NCBI GenBank assembly: GCA_030390025.1
Contig: CM059433.1
Coordinates: 10,418,001-10,482,000, forward strand
Source of the DNA: Squalus acanthias
Taxonomy: Eukaryota
DNA length: 64,000 nucleotides
Reading direction: 5' to 3'
Part shown: positions 26,566 through 39,129 of the stretch, in pieces
Position numbering within the stretch: the stretch's first letter is position 1
Layout of the letters: each line of letters opens with the position of its first letter
Translations under genes and position numbers: made by a program
Notes under the pieces: model-generated
Seen by the model: the letters and a program-made list of their open reading frames with translations, nothing else
What the model was told of the DNA's origin: nothing
Database searches by the model: none

Positions 26566-28546
26566 CCGAAGTAACTAATGGAAGAGTAATTTCACTTTAA
26601 GATTCTTTACCTCAAGTGCAATAAAGCAAGGATAAATCCTCGGGGAGCCATTCTGACTAAGAGGTGTGCCTCTGTGTAAAATCTCACATGGTCCTAGAAA
26701 ATTGCAGCAAATTGCAGATTTGCCCTTGAGGTACTTTCTTATCTCTCCACCTCTACCTCATAGATGTGTGTTTGTTTTGTTACACAGTGTGCTTTGCCCT
26801 CCTCCGAAGGTATTGTCTGTTACGAGCGGAGCCAAATAAACTCATTCTTTGCAGCAAGGCTGAGAGGTTTCCTTCCTTCCAAAAAAATCCGTTAACATTC
26901 TCTCCTAAACCACCTTCTCCTCAAAGTGGTTACTTGTTGGTTCATTGTTCCAGGGGCACTGTCAGGCAACCAGTACTTTGCATATTCTTCACGGGAGCCT
27001 GGGCAAGAAGCAATATTTAGGTGGGCCCCAGTTTGATTTTGAAAGCCTGGTGATTGCAGAAGATTAATGGAGACGAGGGGTTCTGCAGTTTTCAGATCTT
27101 GGGAAGGAACAAGTTAAAGTAGTAAGTGATGTGATGAGTCTAGAGAGGTGATTGCATGCTTCGGTGTGCCAGGAGACCATTAAGTGCAACCAGGGCAGAA
27201 GGAGCAGGGAATTGGGAGTGGAGTCTTCCAGGGCTACAATTCCCAGCTCTTCTATTATTAGTGAAGACAAAGATCCACAGCCCTACTGGCGGGAGTGTAC
27301 CAAAAGAGCTTGATATTAGGACAGTCCTCAACAGGTAGGATCCCGGGCATACACTGGGGATTCTGTGGAACTTGGAAAGGCTGGAGCCTCTTCCAACCCC
27401 TTCCAAGGCCAGTGGCATAGGAGAGGTAGAGTCCAGGTGGTGAGGGGGGGGGCGGAGAATCCCAACGCTGGGATTTCCTGCATTCCCAGCTCTGAGGGGC
27501 CTGGCGTACAATCAACGGCAGTATGCCCAGTGAGACCACAGACCAACTTATCAAATGCTAACAGGCGGCGCCTACCTGGGGATCCAGGCTAAGATTGTGG
27601 CTTGGACCCCAAAGAGAAGGCAATTTATAATTTACAAAAGCAATAGTTAAATGTGGCCCCTTTACAAAGTGGGCCACCGGGGAGGTGGGGGGGGGGGAAG
27701 TGAACAGTTCTTTCCGGTAGGGGAACTGACGACGGCACCCTCCCTGAGCCAGCCACTATTCCGCCGCAGTGTGCAGCACCTTTGGCAGGCGCTGCCCAAG
27801 GCACTTGCTCAGTGGCGATGGCACCGCCATTGCTGTGCAAATAAAGGGGCATCGCCCCTTGACCCTGCCAACTTTTGGCAAGGTCAGTGGTGGAGGCCCC
27901 CAGTTGGGAGCATCCAGGTATGTATGCCAGGATGTGCTCCCTCCCATGGATTTTCAACCCCCCCCACCCCCGTGTGCTGATGCGCTTGCACCTATTTCAT
28001 GCGCAAGCCTCATTAAGGCCCTATGTTTGACGCAAAAATATTTAAATGAGCATCACTTGCAGGTGCCTGGGATTTGGATCGGGTTTGCTCTTTCTTCTTC
28101 ATGCACCCATTTGGAAGGGGATCAGGGGAGTCTCCATGACCCCAGAAGCTCTTAAATAGCCATTGTTTTGTAATTTTTGTGGTATCTTTTTAATGCAGGC
28201 GGCTCAACAGCGCCTTCTCAAGGGCAGCTAGGGACGGGCAATAAATGCTGGGCCTTGCCAGCGACGCCCACACCCCGTGAACGAATAATTAAAAAAAATT
28301 AACATTTTCACGAAATTAAAAAAATAAAAAAATCTCACGGATGTTGTGGAACAGGCTCGAGGGGCTGAATGGCCCACTCCTGTTCCTGTGTCAGAACACT
28401 GCAGTAAAAATTCTTAGGAATACTACTTCTATTTTTGCTCATTCCTCAAAATAAATTTTTGCTTTCAAAGCATCTCGATTTTACGGTCGAGGTGGTACAA
28501 CATGAAAGAAGATGTGCCAGGGAGATCAGCAGGCCCCAAATCATTC

Positions 28547-29340
28547 TAAGAACATAAGAAATAGGAGCAGGAGTCGGCCATTCGGCCCCTCGAGCCTGCT
28601 CCGCCATTCAATAAGATCATGGCTGATCATCGACCTCAACTCCGCTTTCCCGCCCGATCTCCATATCCCTTGATTCCCCTAGAGTCCAAAGATTAATCTC
28701 TCTCAGCCTTGAATATACTCAAAGACTCAGCTTGCACAGCCCTCTGGGGCAGGGAATTCCAAAGAAGGACTTGCATTTCTATAGCGCCTTTCACGACCAC
28801 CGGACATCTCAAAGCGCTTTACAGCTAATGAAGTACTTTTGGAGTGTAGTCACTGTTGTAATGTGGGAAACACAGCAGTCAATTTGCACACAGCAAGGTC
28901 TCACAAGCAGCAATGTGATAATGACCAGACCATCTGTTTTTGTTATGTTGGTTGAGGGATAAGTATTCAAAATAGTGCCATGGGATCTTTTACGTCCACC
29001 TGGGAGAGCAGACGGGGCCCTCAGTTCTATGTCTCATCCAAAAGACAGCACCTCCAACAGTGCAGCACTCCCTCAGCACTGCACTGGAGTGTCAGCCTAG
29101 CTTTATGTGCTCAAGTCTCTGGAGTGGGACTTGAACCCACAATGTTCTGACTCAGAGGCGAGAGTGCTGCCCACTGAGCCACAGCTGACACTGACACAAA
29201 GATTCACAACCCTCTGAGTGAAGAAATTCTTCCTCATCTCAGTCTTAAATAGCCTACCCCTTATCCTGAGACTATGCCCCCTAGCTCTAGACACTCAAGC
29301 CAGGGGAAACAACCTCTCAGCATCTACCCTGTCAATCCCC
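28547..29340 (-). mobile_element. CR1 3' fragment interrupted by a SINE
   Basis: CR1 3' UTR and tail at 28547-28764; RGHSLRIRG..FFTQRVVNL at 29197-29340. Confidence 0.85.
28765..29196 (-). mobile_element. DeuSINE/SacSINE1-like SINE
   Basis: Full head, core and tail; CAAAGA direct repeat at the flanks. Confidence 0.88.
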
Positions 29341-30699
29341 TTCTGCCGCCCTTAGCAGAGCTATTTGCTCTCACACGGGACAATTGCCTCAGCTTGCTTA
29401 AGGTCAGCAGGACAGAGTTCGTCATCTGCAGCAACCGTGCAACACCGCGACTGTACTACCTGCCATTGGCAAAATCCCCATTGTCCTCAATTGTTAGGCC
29501 TTTGGCTCAGTCCTTTCTAGCACTGTCATATCAGGTAAAGTGGTCGCCACATATGTTTGGAAAAGGTGACTGATGTGTTGGTCAATAGGACCAGCACTTT
29601 TACCTCCTCTTCCACTGAATACCATGGCATGTGTCTGCAATATCATCACGTTGGTGCATTTCTCTCCCTGACAGCACGCTTGAAGTTGGCAGTTATGGGT
29701 GTGAACCTGTATCCGACCACTCTGTGCATTACGCCACTGAAAAGTTGTTTTTATTTGAGACTGAAACATGCAAGTCCGACCCAGAAAACTAGCAAATGTC
29801 GACCAACAGCTTTGAAAGAAGCTGACCATTCAACAATAGCCACCAATGTGGACGGAATGAGGCATGGGGACCCGGCTCTACCGGCAGATGTCCGACGGAA
29901 TGGCCGCCCGTGACTCTCTGCTCCTGAACCCAAAGGGATGTCTGGAGTTTCGGCAGGGTCGCCTAATTTTCATTGAGGTGTTGGGTGCCGCACCAACAGG
30001 GGCCCATCTTGGGTGTTCGCCAGAGAAAGGGGCTGGGGTGAGGGTGGAGGGGCAGGAAAACTAGTGTTGGCAAAATGCCACGGCTACATCCTGCACTCTC
30101 AGCCCTGATATTTTTTTAAGACTGTCTCAAATAGCCCCCATTACAAGGGAGCTGAAAAGAATTCCTGCTGCCAAGATTTTGACTGGGTGCCCAGGCCAAG
30201 ATCCCGGCGAGAGTCAATTCTTTGCGGAGGGAAGGGAAGAACTTTTTTATTATTTTTAGGATCAAATTCGATTGAATTTGAGCTAAGCTTCAGCAGAGAT
30301 TAGGAAAAGACTTTATTCTAATTGTAGGACAGTAATGGCTAACATTAAGCTTTATTTTGAAACAAAGTCATGGTCCGCAATTTTTCCCACACATTGCATT
30401 CATCGAGTTTTGGCTGTTGCTCGATGTTTTGAAAACATTGACTTGGGAATAATTTCTCTCTGGCTGTAAACAGGAAAAAAAATAATTCATGAGGTTTTCT
30501 CTTTATTACAGCAACATTACTTCGTGTCCCAGTTTCAGAAACACTCTCCTACTGAAGTGGCTGACTAACGGGAAAATAATTCATAGTTATATCATCCTAC
30601 CATAAGTTATTCCAAAAAAGTACACGAGCTGGTTTCAGGGTGTACCTGTGTGATCGCAGTTCTACACGGGGAGTGCAGTGACTGTGGACATACAGATCT

Positions 30700-31198
30700 C
30701 CTGGAGAGGGTGCAGAGAAGATTTACAAGGATGATACCAGAAATGCGAGGTTATACATATCAGGAAAGGATGAACAGGCTGGGTTGCTTTTCCCTTGAAA
30801 AAAGAAGGCTGAGGGGGTGACCTAATAGAGGTCTTTAAAATTATGAAAGGGTTTGATAGAGTGGATACAGAGAGAATGTTTCCACTTGTGGGGAAGAGCA
30901 TAACTAGAGGCCATCAATATAAGATAGTCACCAAGAAATCCAATAGGGAATTCAGAAGAAACTTCTTTACCCAAAGAGTGGTGAGAATGTGGAACTCGCT
31001 ACCACAGTGAGTGGTTGAAGCAAATAGTATGGATGCATTTAAGGGGAGGCTAGACAAACATATGAGGGAGAAGGGAATAGAGGGTTATGCTGATAGAGTT
31101 AGATGAGGAAAGACGGGGCGAGGCTCGAGTGGAGCATAAACACCGGCATGGACTGGTTGGGCCGAATGGCCTGTTTCTGTGCCCTATATCCGATGTAA
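30700..31198 (+). mobile_element. CR1 LINE 3' fragment
   Basis: LERVQRRFTRMIP...TRGHQYKI...WNSLP translation with frameshift; CR1 3' UTR. Confidence 0.9.
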
Positions 31199-31569
31199 TC
31201 CTTCTGTTGACTCCACTCAGTAGCATAAACTGGCTCAGATTCCAGGAGCCCATAGCAATGTCGGCACACAAAACGGTGTATCTGGAATTCCGTGTCGGAA
31301 TAAGGGAGCTGGTTTTAAGCTACGAAAACCCGAGGAATCAGTCCTGTGAGTTTGCTATCATAGGACTGTGGGAACGAGAGCCCCCTCGAGCCTGCTCCGC
31401 CACTATTAGATCATGGTTGATCTGTGAGCCTCCACGTTAAAGTGAAGTCCAACAGACCTACTGAGAGAGGTTCCTGACCCTGACCGTGAAAACGGGAGAG
31501 TAGCTCATGGAGGTCACGCCCCTGAAACAAGATGCAGTGTTAAACACGAAGTGAAAGAGCGGGTAATAT

Positions 31570-31996
31570 GGGCAACACGGTGGCATAGTGGTTAGCACTG
31601 GTTAGCACTGGTGCCTCACAGCGCCAGGGACCCGGGTTCGAATCTGACCTCGGGTGACTGTCTGTGTGGAGTTTGCACATTCTCCCCGTGTCTGCGTGGG
31701 TTTCCTCCGGGTGCTCCGGTTTCCTCCCACAGTCCAAAAATGTGCGGGTTAGGTTGATTTGGCTATGATAAATTGACCCTTCAGTGTTAGGGGGGGATTA
31801 AATATGTGGGGTGATGGGATATGTTAGGGGGAATTAAATACATGGGGTTACGGGGGTAGGGTGGGATATGTGTACTGTGGGGATTAAAGCAGGGACAGGG
31901 TACTGGATTTGGATGATCAGCCATGATCGTATTGAATGGTGGAACAGGCTCGATGGGCTGAATGGCCTACTCCTGCTCCTAGATTCTATGTTTCTA
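31570..31996 (+). mobile_element. HE1-like V-SINE (tRNA head, V-domain, CR1-derived tail)
   Basis: GGTGGCATAGTGGTTAGCACTG A-box, GGGTTCGAATC B-box, TCTGCGTGGGTTTCCTCCGGGTGCTCCGGTTTCCTCCCACA V-domain; tail matches the 3' UTR of the local CR1 family. Confidence 0.9.
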
Positions 31997-32751
31997 ATAG
32001 GAAAGAGCTGCCATATCCTCTGAGACAGTCATGTCGGTTGAGCTAGATCACAAAGTAGAACGGATGACACTGCCTCGTGTACTTTTATGGAATAACGTAC
32101 AATTATTTTCTTATAAGTCGTCCCCTTTACTGGAAAATCAGCTCAAATGACTTACAAACCAACCATAAGACGCCTGTTTACAGCTACAGAGGCTAAAATT
32201 CAATAGGGAATAAAACTACCTCAAACCTGTCCCTGGAATCCACCTCATTCACTTCAATGATCGCTTCGAGACTAATTGCCTCAGAGATCTAATCCTCCTT
32301 GGGGCAAGTTGTTCTGCTGCAGGTGGGTTCCTGACACATATCCCACTCCTGTTCTGTATCCAGAGACTCCTCCCAGAAGTGTACATGCATGGATGTCAGG
32401 TGACGATAAGATTGACATCCTACATTACAACAGTGACTACGCTTCAAAAGTACTTCATTGGCTGTAAAGTGCTGTGGGACGTCCTGAGGTTGTGAAAGGC
32501 GCTATATAAATACAAGTTCTTTCTTTCTATATTAAAAAAAATGCCCTAGAAACTGAGCCACTGGCAGTGTAATGGGACAATATTTCTACCCACGGCTGGC
32601 TGGCATCTACAAAGCAGAAATCATACTTTCGATCTACCAAACTCCTCCTTTCCTATCCGTCATACTTCAAATGTCAGATTTAAATTTCTGTGTTGTGCTT
32701 CATAAAAAAAGTATAAAGAAACAAAGGCCGTCATTTGATACCGAAGCCTAA

Positions 32752-35506
32752 GGCCGTGATTTTCTTCCTGGAGGTGGGTTTGTGTCGGGAATGGTAGTGG
32801 GCGGGTTCCCTTGCCGCTGCCGGCTCCTACGAGTATAAAAGCTCACTTACCTTAATCCTGCTATGCCTGTCATCACATCCCCATCACTCTGCATTGCCAA
32901 CCCTACTCCTGCACATCCTGACTCAACCCAACATCCCTTGCACCATCCCCTATCCCTCTCTCCCTATGCACACAATCACTTCCCCGTCTAACTATGCACT
33001 CCTCACACCCACCCTCAAGGTTATGCACTGACAACAACTAACAACTCAAAAGGAGGGAACTTCGTTGTGGGAACCCACTCCTTCACAGTCTCCCTCTAAA
33101 CATCTATCCTATCCATTCTTTACACTCATTCCATCACTCTCACTGAAACTCCACTTCTTTCCCTCATTACAGGAAAAGAGAGCCAACAATAAGAGGGAGA
33201 GGGCGAGAACAGGAGGAGGACCACCATCCTTATCACAGCTGACCAACGCTGAGGAGGCCGCTCTCGACATTGCGGGATCAGTGGAACGGCTCGAAGTGGG
33301 GGACAGAGAGACGGGCTCAGTTGAACAACCTGGTGACAGGATGCTTCTCCATCTATCTGATTTGGCTTTCATGAGTGACACATATGGCATCTGATGTCAT
33401 TAGAAATTGAATGCTCATCATGTGCACAATGGGATGTGTCTGCAATCTATATATCACATGTCTGACTCATGTCTTTACTCTCCCATAGGACCATCAAGAG
33501 CCCCCCTCCCTACTGCCCTGGAGGAAGAGCCAGAAGACTCCTCAGAGGATGCTGCATCATCAGAGGGAGCAGCGTCAGCAGAAATGATCGCACCCAGCAC
33601 CAGCGCAGAGACGCACACCTCGGTGGGTGATTTGCGAGATAGAGTAGTGGTGTCACCTGGTGTATCACAACGCCCAAGTGAGCAAGAGCAGATGGTCGAG
33701 ACAGGGACAGCAGTGGAGAGTCCTCGTCGGAGGCCACAGGACGCTCCTTGCTCTGCTCAGCTGCTTGTAGATGCTGAGCCTCGGGGGCCATCCAGAAAGA
33801 GGGCAATCCTGGAGTTTCAGGACCAAGTGCAGGAGGCTCTGACTGGGTTTGCAACCACAGTGACTGCGAGTGTGCAGAGAATGGAGGAGTCCATCTCAAA
33901 CATGAGCAATACCATGGTGCACGCAATGGCGAATGTAGGTCCTGCCATGGAAAGGATGGCAACCTCCATGAAGGACATAAATCGCCAGACTCAAATGAAC
34001 ATGGTGGTGGGGGCTCCTCTCCAAGCGCTCCAACTACCATCCCCTTGCCAACCCCTCGGTCAGAGCCCCAGATGACTGCCGGTGCATTGATGACCGAGTC
34101 TGCCCCATGCAGCCGCAGGAGGAGCAGCCTTTGGTGGGGCCTTCAAAGGCTCCAAAACCCAGAGGATGACCGCCAAAGGTGTCTTAAGCAGGCGCAGCAG
34201 GGAAGTGAGCAGGCTGTCTCTTCATCTGCTGAAGCCACAGGGGTAGCACAACGTAGAAGCACGCATAAGAGAAAGCTGTACAGGGCCTTGGTGAGACCAC
34301 ACCTTGAGTATTGTGCAGTTTTGGTCGCCTTATCTGAGGAAGGATGTTCTTGCCATGGAGGGAGTGCAGCGAAGATTCACCAGACTGATACCTGGGATGG
34401 CAGGAATGACGTATGAAGAGAGATTGGGTCGATTGGGCTTATACTCGCTAGAGTTTAGAAGAATGAGAGGGGATCTCATTGAAACTTATAAAATTCTAAC
34501 AGGACTAGACAGACTAGATGCAGGAAGGATGTTCCCGATGGCGGGGGAGTCCAGAACCAGGGGTCACAGTCTAAGGATAAGGGGTAAGCCATTTAGGACT
34601 GAGATGAGGAGGAATTTCTTCACCCAGAGAGTGGTGAACCTGTGGAATTCTCTACCACAGAAGGCAGTTGAGGCCAATCCATTAAATATATTCAAGAAAG
34701 AGTTAGATATATTTCTTAAGGCTAAAGGGATCAAGGGATATGGGGAGAAAGCAGGGACAGGGTTCTGAATTTGGATGATCAGCCATGATCTCATTAAATG
34801 GCGGAACAGGCTCAAGGGGCCGAATGGCCTACTCCTGCTCCTATCTTCTATGTTTCTATGTTTCTGACACATAAATGATCACAAGGGTAATCACTTGAAT
34901 GTTCTGATAGAATGCAATGTTAATTTTCTGTTCTTTTATTATGTTGCAATAAATTAATCTTGTATGAACGTTTGACATCCTTGACATTTGTGTGATCCCA
35001 ATTTGAGGTGGCACAGTGAAGGGTCAGGGTGCCTGTTATGTCCAGCAATGCAGGTGACAGTGGATATAGAGTTACCAACAGACACTTACAGCCTCAAGAC
35101 AGTCTCCCAAATCATGAAATCACCAACCCCTGACATCAGAAATTGAGCAGATTTGAGAGTACAGCTTTTAGACTGCAGTTGCAGCAGTGAAGTTTGCAGC
35201 TCGTTGGTCCTCTCGGCACACTTACCTGGCGTGATCTCCGAACGTCGTGAAACCCGAATCAAATGTTGGAAAATTGCAAAAGGTTCTCAAAATAGCAGCT
35301 AACAAGCACTTAACAAGGAGTTAAGTGCCTTAAATCCCTCACCCACCGCTTGGTGTCGGGTCTGTTGTGAAATCGCAGACCCGACACTCTTGAAACTCAC
35401 ACGGAGTCGGGTTCGCGGCGGGTTTCTGACCCGCCGTCAATCATTGCGACATTAACACCTGACCCGCCCCCGAATCCGCCCCCTGAGCGCCGGCAAAATC
35501 GCGGCC
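32752..35506 (+). mobile_element. Harbinger-type element with downstream exons of a Myb/SANT-type gene (33173-33332; from 33489); first exon absent; CR1 inserted
   Basis: TIRs GGCCGTGATTTT / AAAATCGCGGCC; exon EKRANNKRERARTGGGPP..LTNAEE homologous to exon2 at 22990-22828, with the same phase-1 splice. Confidence 0.8.
34276..34865 (+). mobile_element. CR1 LINE 3' fragment
   Basis: ORF 34304-34768 nearly identical to 15858-16445; (TTTCTATG)n tail. Confidence 0.95.
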
Positions 35507-36336
35507 AGAGTGTCTGTAACCTCCAAGTGACTTTATCAATCACGCTTAAAAGAGAAAGAAAGCCAGAGTTGTGACCTGCAGCCCAAAGCGCAAATAAACT
35601 CTGATTTTTACCAGTATTCAGTTAACGGTAATTAGATTTAATTTTTGTGTGCTTAAAGGGACTAACTTCACTTTGGCAACAGGATAACACAACCTGAATT
35701 ACACGACATAACACTGTCCTTTTAAAACAGCATATCATAGATTCACCTTGAGGACTTCCATGGGAGACTCCTCGTAACAGATTAGAACTGGTGATGTGGA
35801 TTGTCTGCCGCTCCTCCACTGATCATTGCACATGTCACACTTCAGCCATTACTTTTAGCGGCACGCTTTGCCATCATACTTTTATGATCGACCCGTGTTT
35901 CATATTGAACGAATCAGAGTTCAGCAGCGATGGAATGTACAAGAGTAAGCAAAGCACCGACGTGTCCGGTATCAGCAACAACCAGAATCTACCAATAAAT
36001 CAAATTAGAACATGAACAAATCAAATAACTCAAAAATCATCATTTTGTTTTGGTTACCATTTTTTTCCTGAGTGAGTGAAGTTTCTCATGTTGAAATTAA
36101 GCTTGCAGCATGATAAAAACAAAAATAACATTAAAATGATCAAAATAAAAAATATATTTCTGCAATTTCCAGGACACTCAGAATACCCAGTGTGCAGCGG
36201 ACAGAATCTCCCAGCAAGGGTCAATATGATTGTCTCAGTGTAAGAACTGGAAGCTCATCTTTTCTCAGACTAGGACAGTATCGTTTCTTCCCCAGATGCT
36301 TTCAAAGCAGGCTGGAGCATGAATTTTAGAAGAAGG

Positions 36337-36783
36337 AAGAAAGTCTTGCATTTATATAGCGCCTTTCACCACCACCGAACGTCTCAAAGCACTTTATAGC
36401 CAATGAAGTGGAGTCACTGTTGTAATGTGGGAAACGCGGCAGCCAATTTGCACACAGCAAGCTCCCACAAACAGCAATGTGATGATGACCAGATAATCTG
36501 TTTTTGTTATGTGGATTGAGGGATAAATATCGGCCAGGACACCGGGGAGAACTCCCCTGCTCTTCTTCGAAATAGTGTCATGGGATCTTTTACGTCCGCC
36601 TGAGGGAGCAGACGGGGCCTCGGTTTAACGTCTCATCTGAAAGACGGCACTTCTGACAGTGTGGCACTCCCTCAGCACTGCACTGGAGTGTCAGCCTAGC
36701 TTTATGCGCCCTGGAATGCGACTTGAACCCACAACCTTCTGACTCCGAGGCGAGTGTGCTACCCACTGAGCCACAGCTGACAC
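36337..36783 (-). mobile_element. DeuSINE/SacSINE1-like SINE, full length
   Basis: Same head, core and tail as other copies. Confidence 0.88.
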
Positions 36784-36984
36784 AGAAGCTTTTTTGAGGT
36801 AAGGTTTGACAGGAAAACAATCTTGAAGTGCTTTACTTCAGAGAAAGGCTGCTGAGAGAGTGAGACAGACAGACAGACAGACAGAGACAGAGTGGAATGA
36901 TTACAGCATCTGTGTTTTATTTTTTCATATGAAGAGAATTCTAAAACAACTGTTGTTTACGAAGAAACTGACTCCATGTCTGCT

Positions 36985-37300
36985 GATGATGTCGTTCAGG
37001 GGCAGCATCTAGATGAGGAAGAGCAGAGGGCCGGGGATAGATCCTTGAGGGACTTCTGAAATGCTGGTGCATGACTGGGAAGAGAGATCATTGCATGAGT
37101 TACCCCTGGCTATGATTGGATAGGTAAGAGTGGAATCAAGTGAGACAGTCCTATGGAGTTGGACAACTAAGGAGATGTGTTGGCTGGGCGATGACGTGGT
37201 TGACCATGTCGAAGGCTGCAGAGAGGTCGAGGAGAACAAAGAGTGATAATGCACCACCATCACACTCACATAGAATGTTGTCCGTGACCCTGGTTACCTT
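36985..37300 (-). mobile_element. Old L2 RT fragment
   Basis: KVTDNIL...LLDLSAAFDMVNH and VPQGSIPGPLLFLI remnants. Confidence 0.75.
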
Positions 37301-37369
37301 GTAAGCTATTGAGGGAGTTGCAAACAGAATGTATGTATATATATATATATATATATATAAACAGCAACA

Positions 37370-37830
37370 GATACTAAGAAAGACATAATTTGCATCTATA
37401 ATATCGTCTTTCATGTCCTCAGGATATCCCAAAATGCTTTACAACCAATGAAATACTTTTGAAGTGCAGTCACTGTTGTCCTGCTGGGAAACGTGGCAGC
37501 CGATTTGCACACAGCAAGGTCCCACAAACAGCAATGAGAAGAACGACCAGTTAATTCGGGTTTTTTTTTAGTGTTTGTGGGATAAATGTTGGCCGGCACG
37601 CCAGGAAAACTCACCTCCTCTTCTTCAACTAGTATCATGGGACCTTTAACATCACCCTGAATAGCTAGAGAGAGCCTCAGTTTAGCGTCTCATAAAATAC
37701 TGCACCTCTGATTGTGCACACTCCCTCAGTAGTGCAATGAAGTGTCAGCCCTTGGATGCACTGAATTTCTGTAGAGCAGCTTGAATCCATGCCTGTCGAT
37801 CCCAGTATCAAGAGTGCTAACACTGAGCCA
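37370..37830 (-). mobile_element. Diverged DeuSINE-like SINE
   Basis: Degenerate match to the SINE core and tail. Confidence 0.7.
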
Positions 37831-38509
37831 AGGAGTGAGTTGATGAATGCAACATAATTGCAGGGCTTAGTTGATTTGCTTAACTCATCAAGTTTTGCTT
37901 TTGCAGTTTATGACTTTATCTGAACCCCTCAATTAAATTGGAGTGTGTAAGTGACTATATCTAACAATTACTTACAGTAAACCTTACCCCCATCATAAGG
38001 CTCTCAGTGTTCTGGCAGCTATGCTATTAGGCTGTTGCACTTGGCAATTGACTGTTTCTCATTATATTTTATGCTGTGTTATGGGACAATCACTATTGCA
38101 TCATTATAATGTACAAAATGCTTGACTGGATGATAACGAGGGTGGCATATAATTGGTGTCAATTAAATTAATACTTCAGGGAACACTATGTGAAACATTT
38201 GTGACCAGAAGCATCATCAGTAAAACAATTCTTAGTAAAATCTTGAGCTCCTCACCAGCTTATGTCAAGAATTATATTGCTTTTTTTGCCAATTTGTCTT
38301 CCCTTTACTTCTCTTCTTTCCTGAAGCACTCTTGCTGGGGAATGATGCCACAGGCACCAGCTGCCGGCCCAGCTTCATCCTCATGGACCCGGCGAGTTGC
38401 CTCTGGACATCCGATTGACATCCGCAGCTTGCCAGCAATATGCTGACCAGGCCCGAAGTTGAATTTTGTGTGAACCTTAGACCTCCAGCTCCGGGCATGC
38501 TCACGCCCA

Positions 38510-38765
38510 GTGGGCCGCCTATTTCAGGCCCGAAAAGGGCCGAATCGAATTTCCACCCCCAAAGACTCTATGATTGAGATGATGCTATCTATAAGCCAGC
38601 AATGGAGTACCCAGCTTTTTGGCCCCGATGGAAGCAGACCCACAAAGGACATGATGCATGCCCTGCCCAAGGATGTGGCCTTGCCAATGAATGCTGCCTA
38701 CAGCAAACCCTGCAAGGCTACTCAATGTCAGAAGAATTTCACTGACTTCTCCAAGGCAGCCAAGG
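38510..38765 (+). pseudogene. Degenerate Harbinger-type Myb/SANT exon1 remnant (host element roughly 38330-39598, ends uncertain)
   Basis: LFGPDGSRPTK...DVALPMNA...QCQKNFTDFSKAAK then AAG|GTAAGA, aligning with exon1 at 23515-23276; TIR-like AAAATCAGGCCC at 39587-39598. Confidence 0.65.
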
Positions 38766-38900
38766 TAAGAGGAAGCAGTTATAATCTCATAACAATGCAC
38801 TATAATGATCGCCTTTCTCAGGTGCAGCCACCTTGTCCTCGCTGTGTTGAAGACCATCTACCGCTTGCCAGCAATGTGCAGGAGGTCTCACACTACCCTT

Positions 38901-39129
38901 TGACGTAAGAAAACTACAAGACACTTGGTCTAAGCGTTAAACAAAGCTTTAATCAACTGTTTTTCAACATGGAGGTCTAGTTGTGTCCTTCACTGGTTCC
39001 TGTTAAAGAATGTCCTGAGCAAGCTGGGCCCATGCCCGAGTATTTATACTCTCCCTGGACAGCGCCACCAGCAGGCCGCCCAGTATTATTTCATAAGTCA
39101 TTTCCACCTGAATGACAAGATTCATGTCA
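38901..39129 (-). mobile_element. Solo LTR (229 bp), same family as 22566-22794
   Basis: TG...CA ends, 5-bp TSD CCCTT (38896-38900 / 39130-39134). Confidence 0.92.

Noticed and set aside
26344..26574. Proline-rich ORF, plus His/Thr- and Cys/Val-rich ORFs at 26041-26371
   Set aside because: Translations of low-complexity C-rich and CA repeats.
31570..31650. tRNA-like A/B boxes here and at SINE heads (e.g. 58674, 36783, 26137)
   Set aside because: They continue into SINE cores and LINE-derived tails; these are SINE heads, not tRNA genes.
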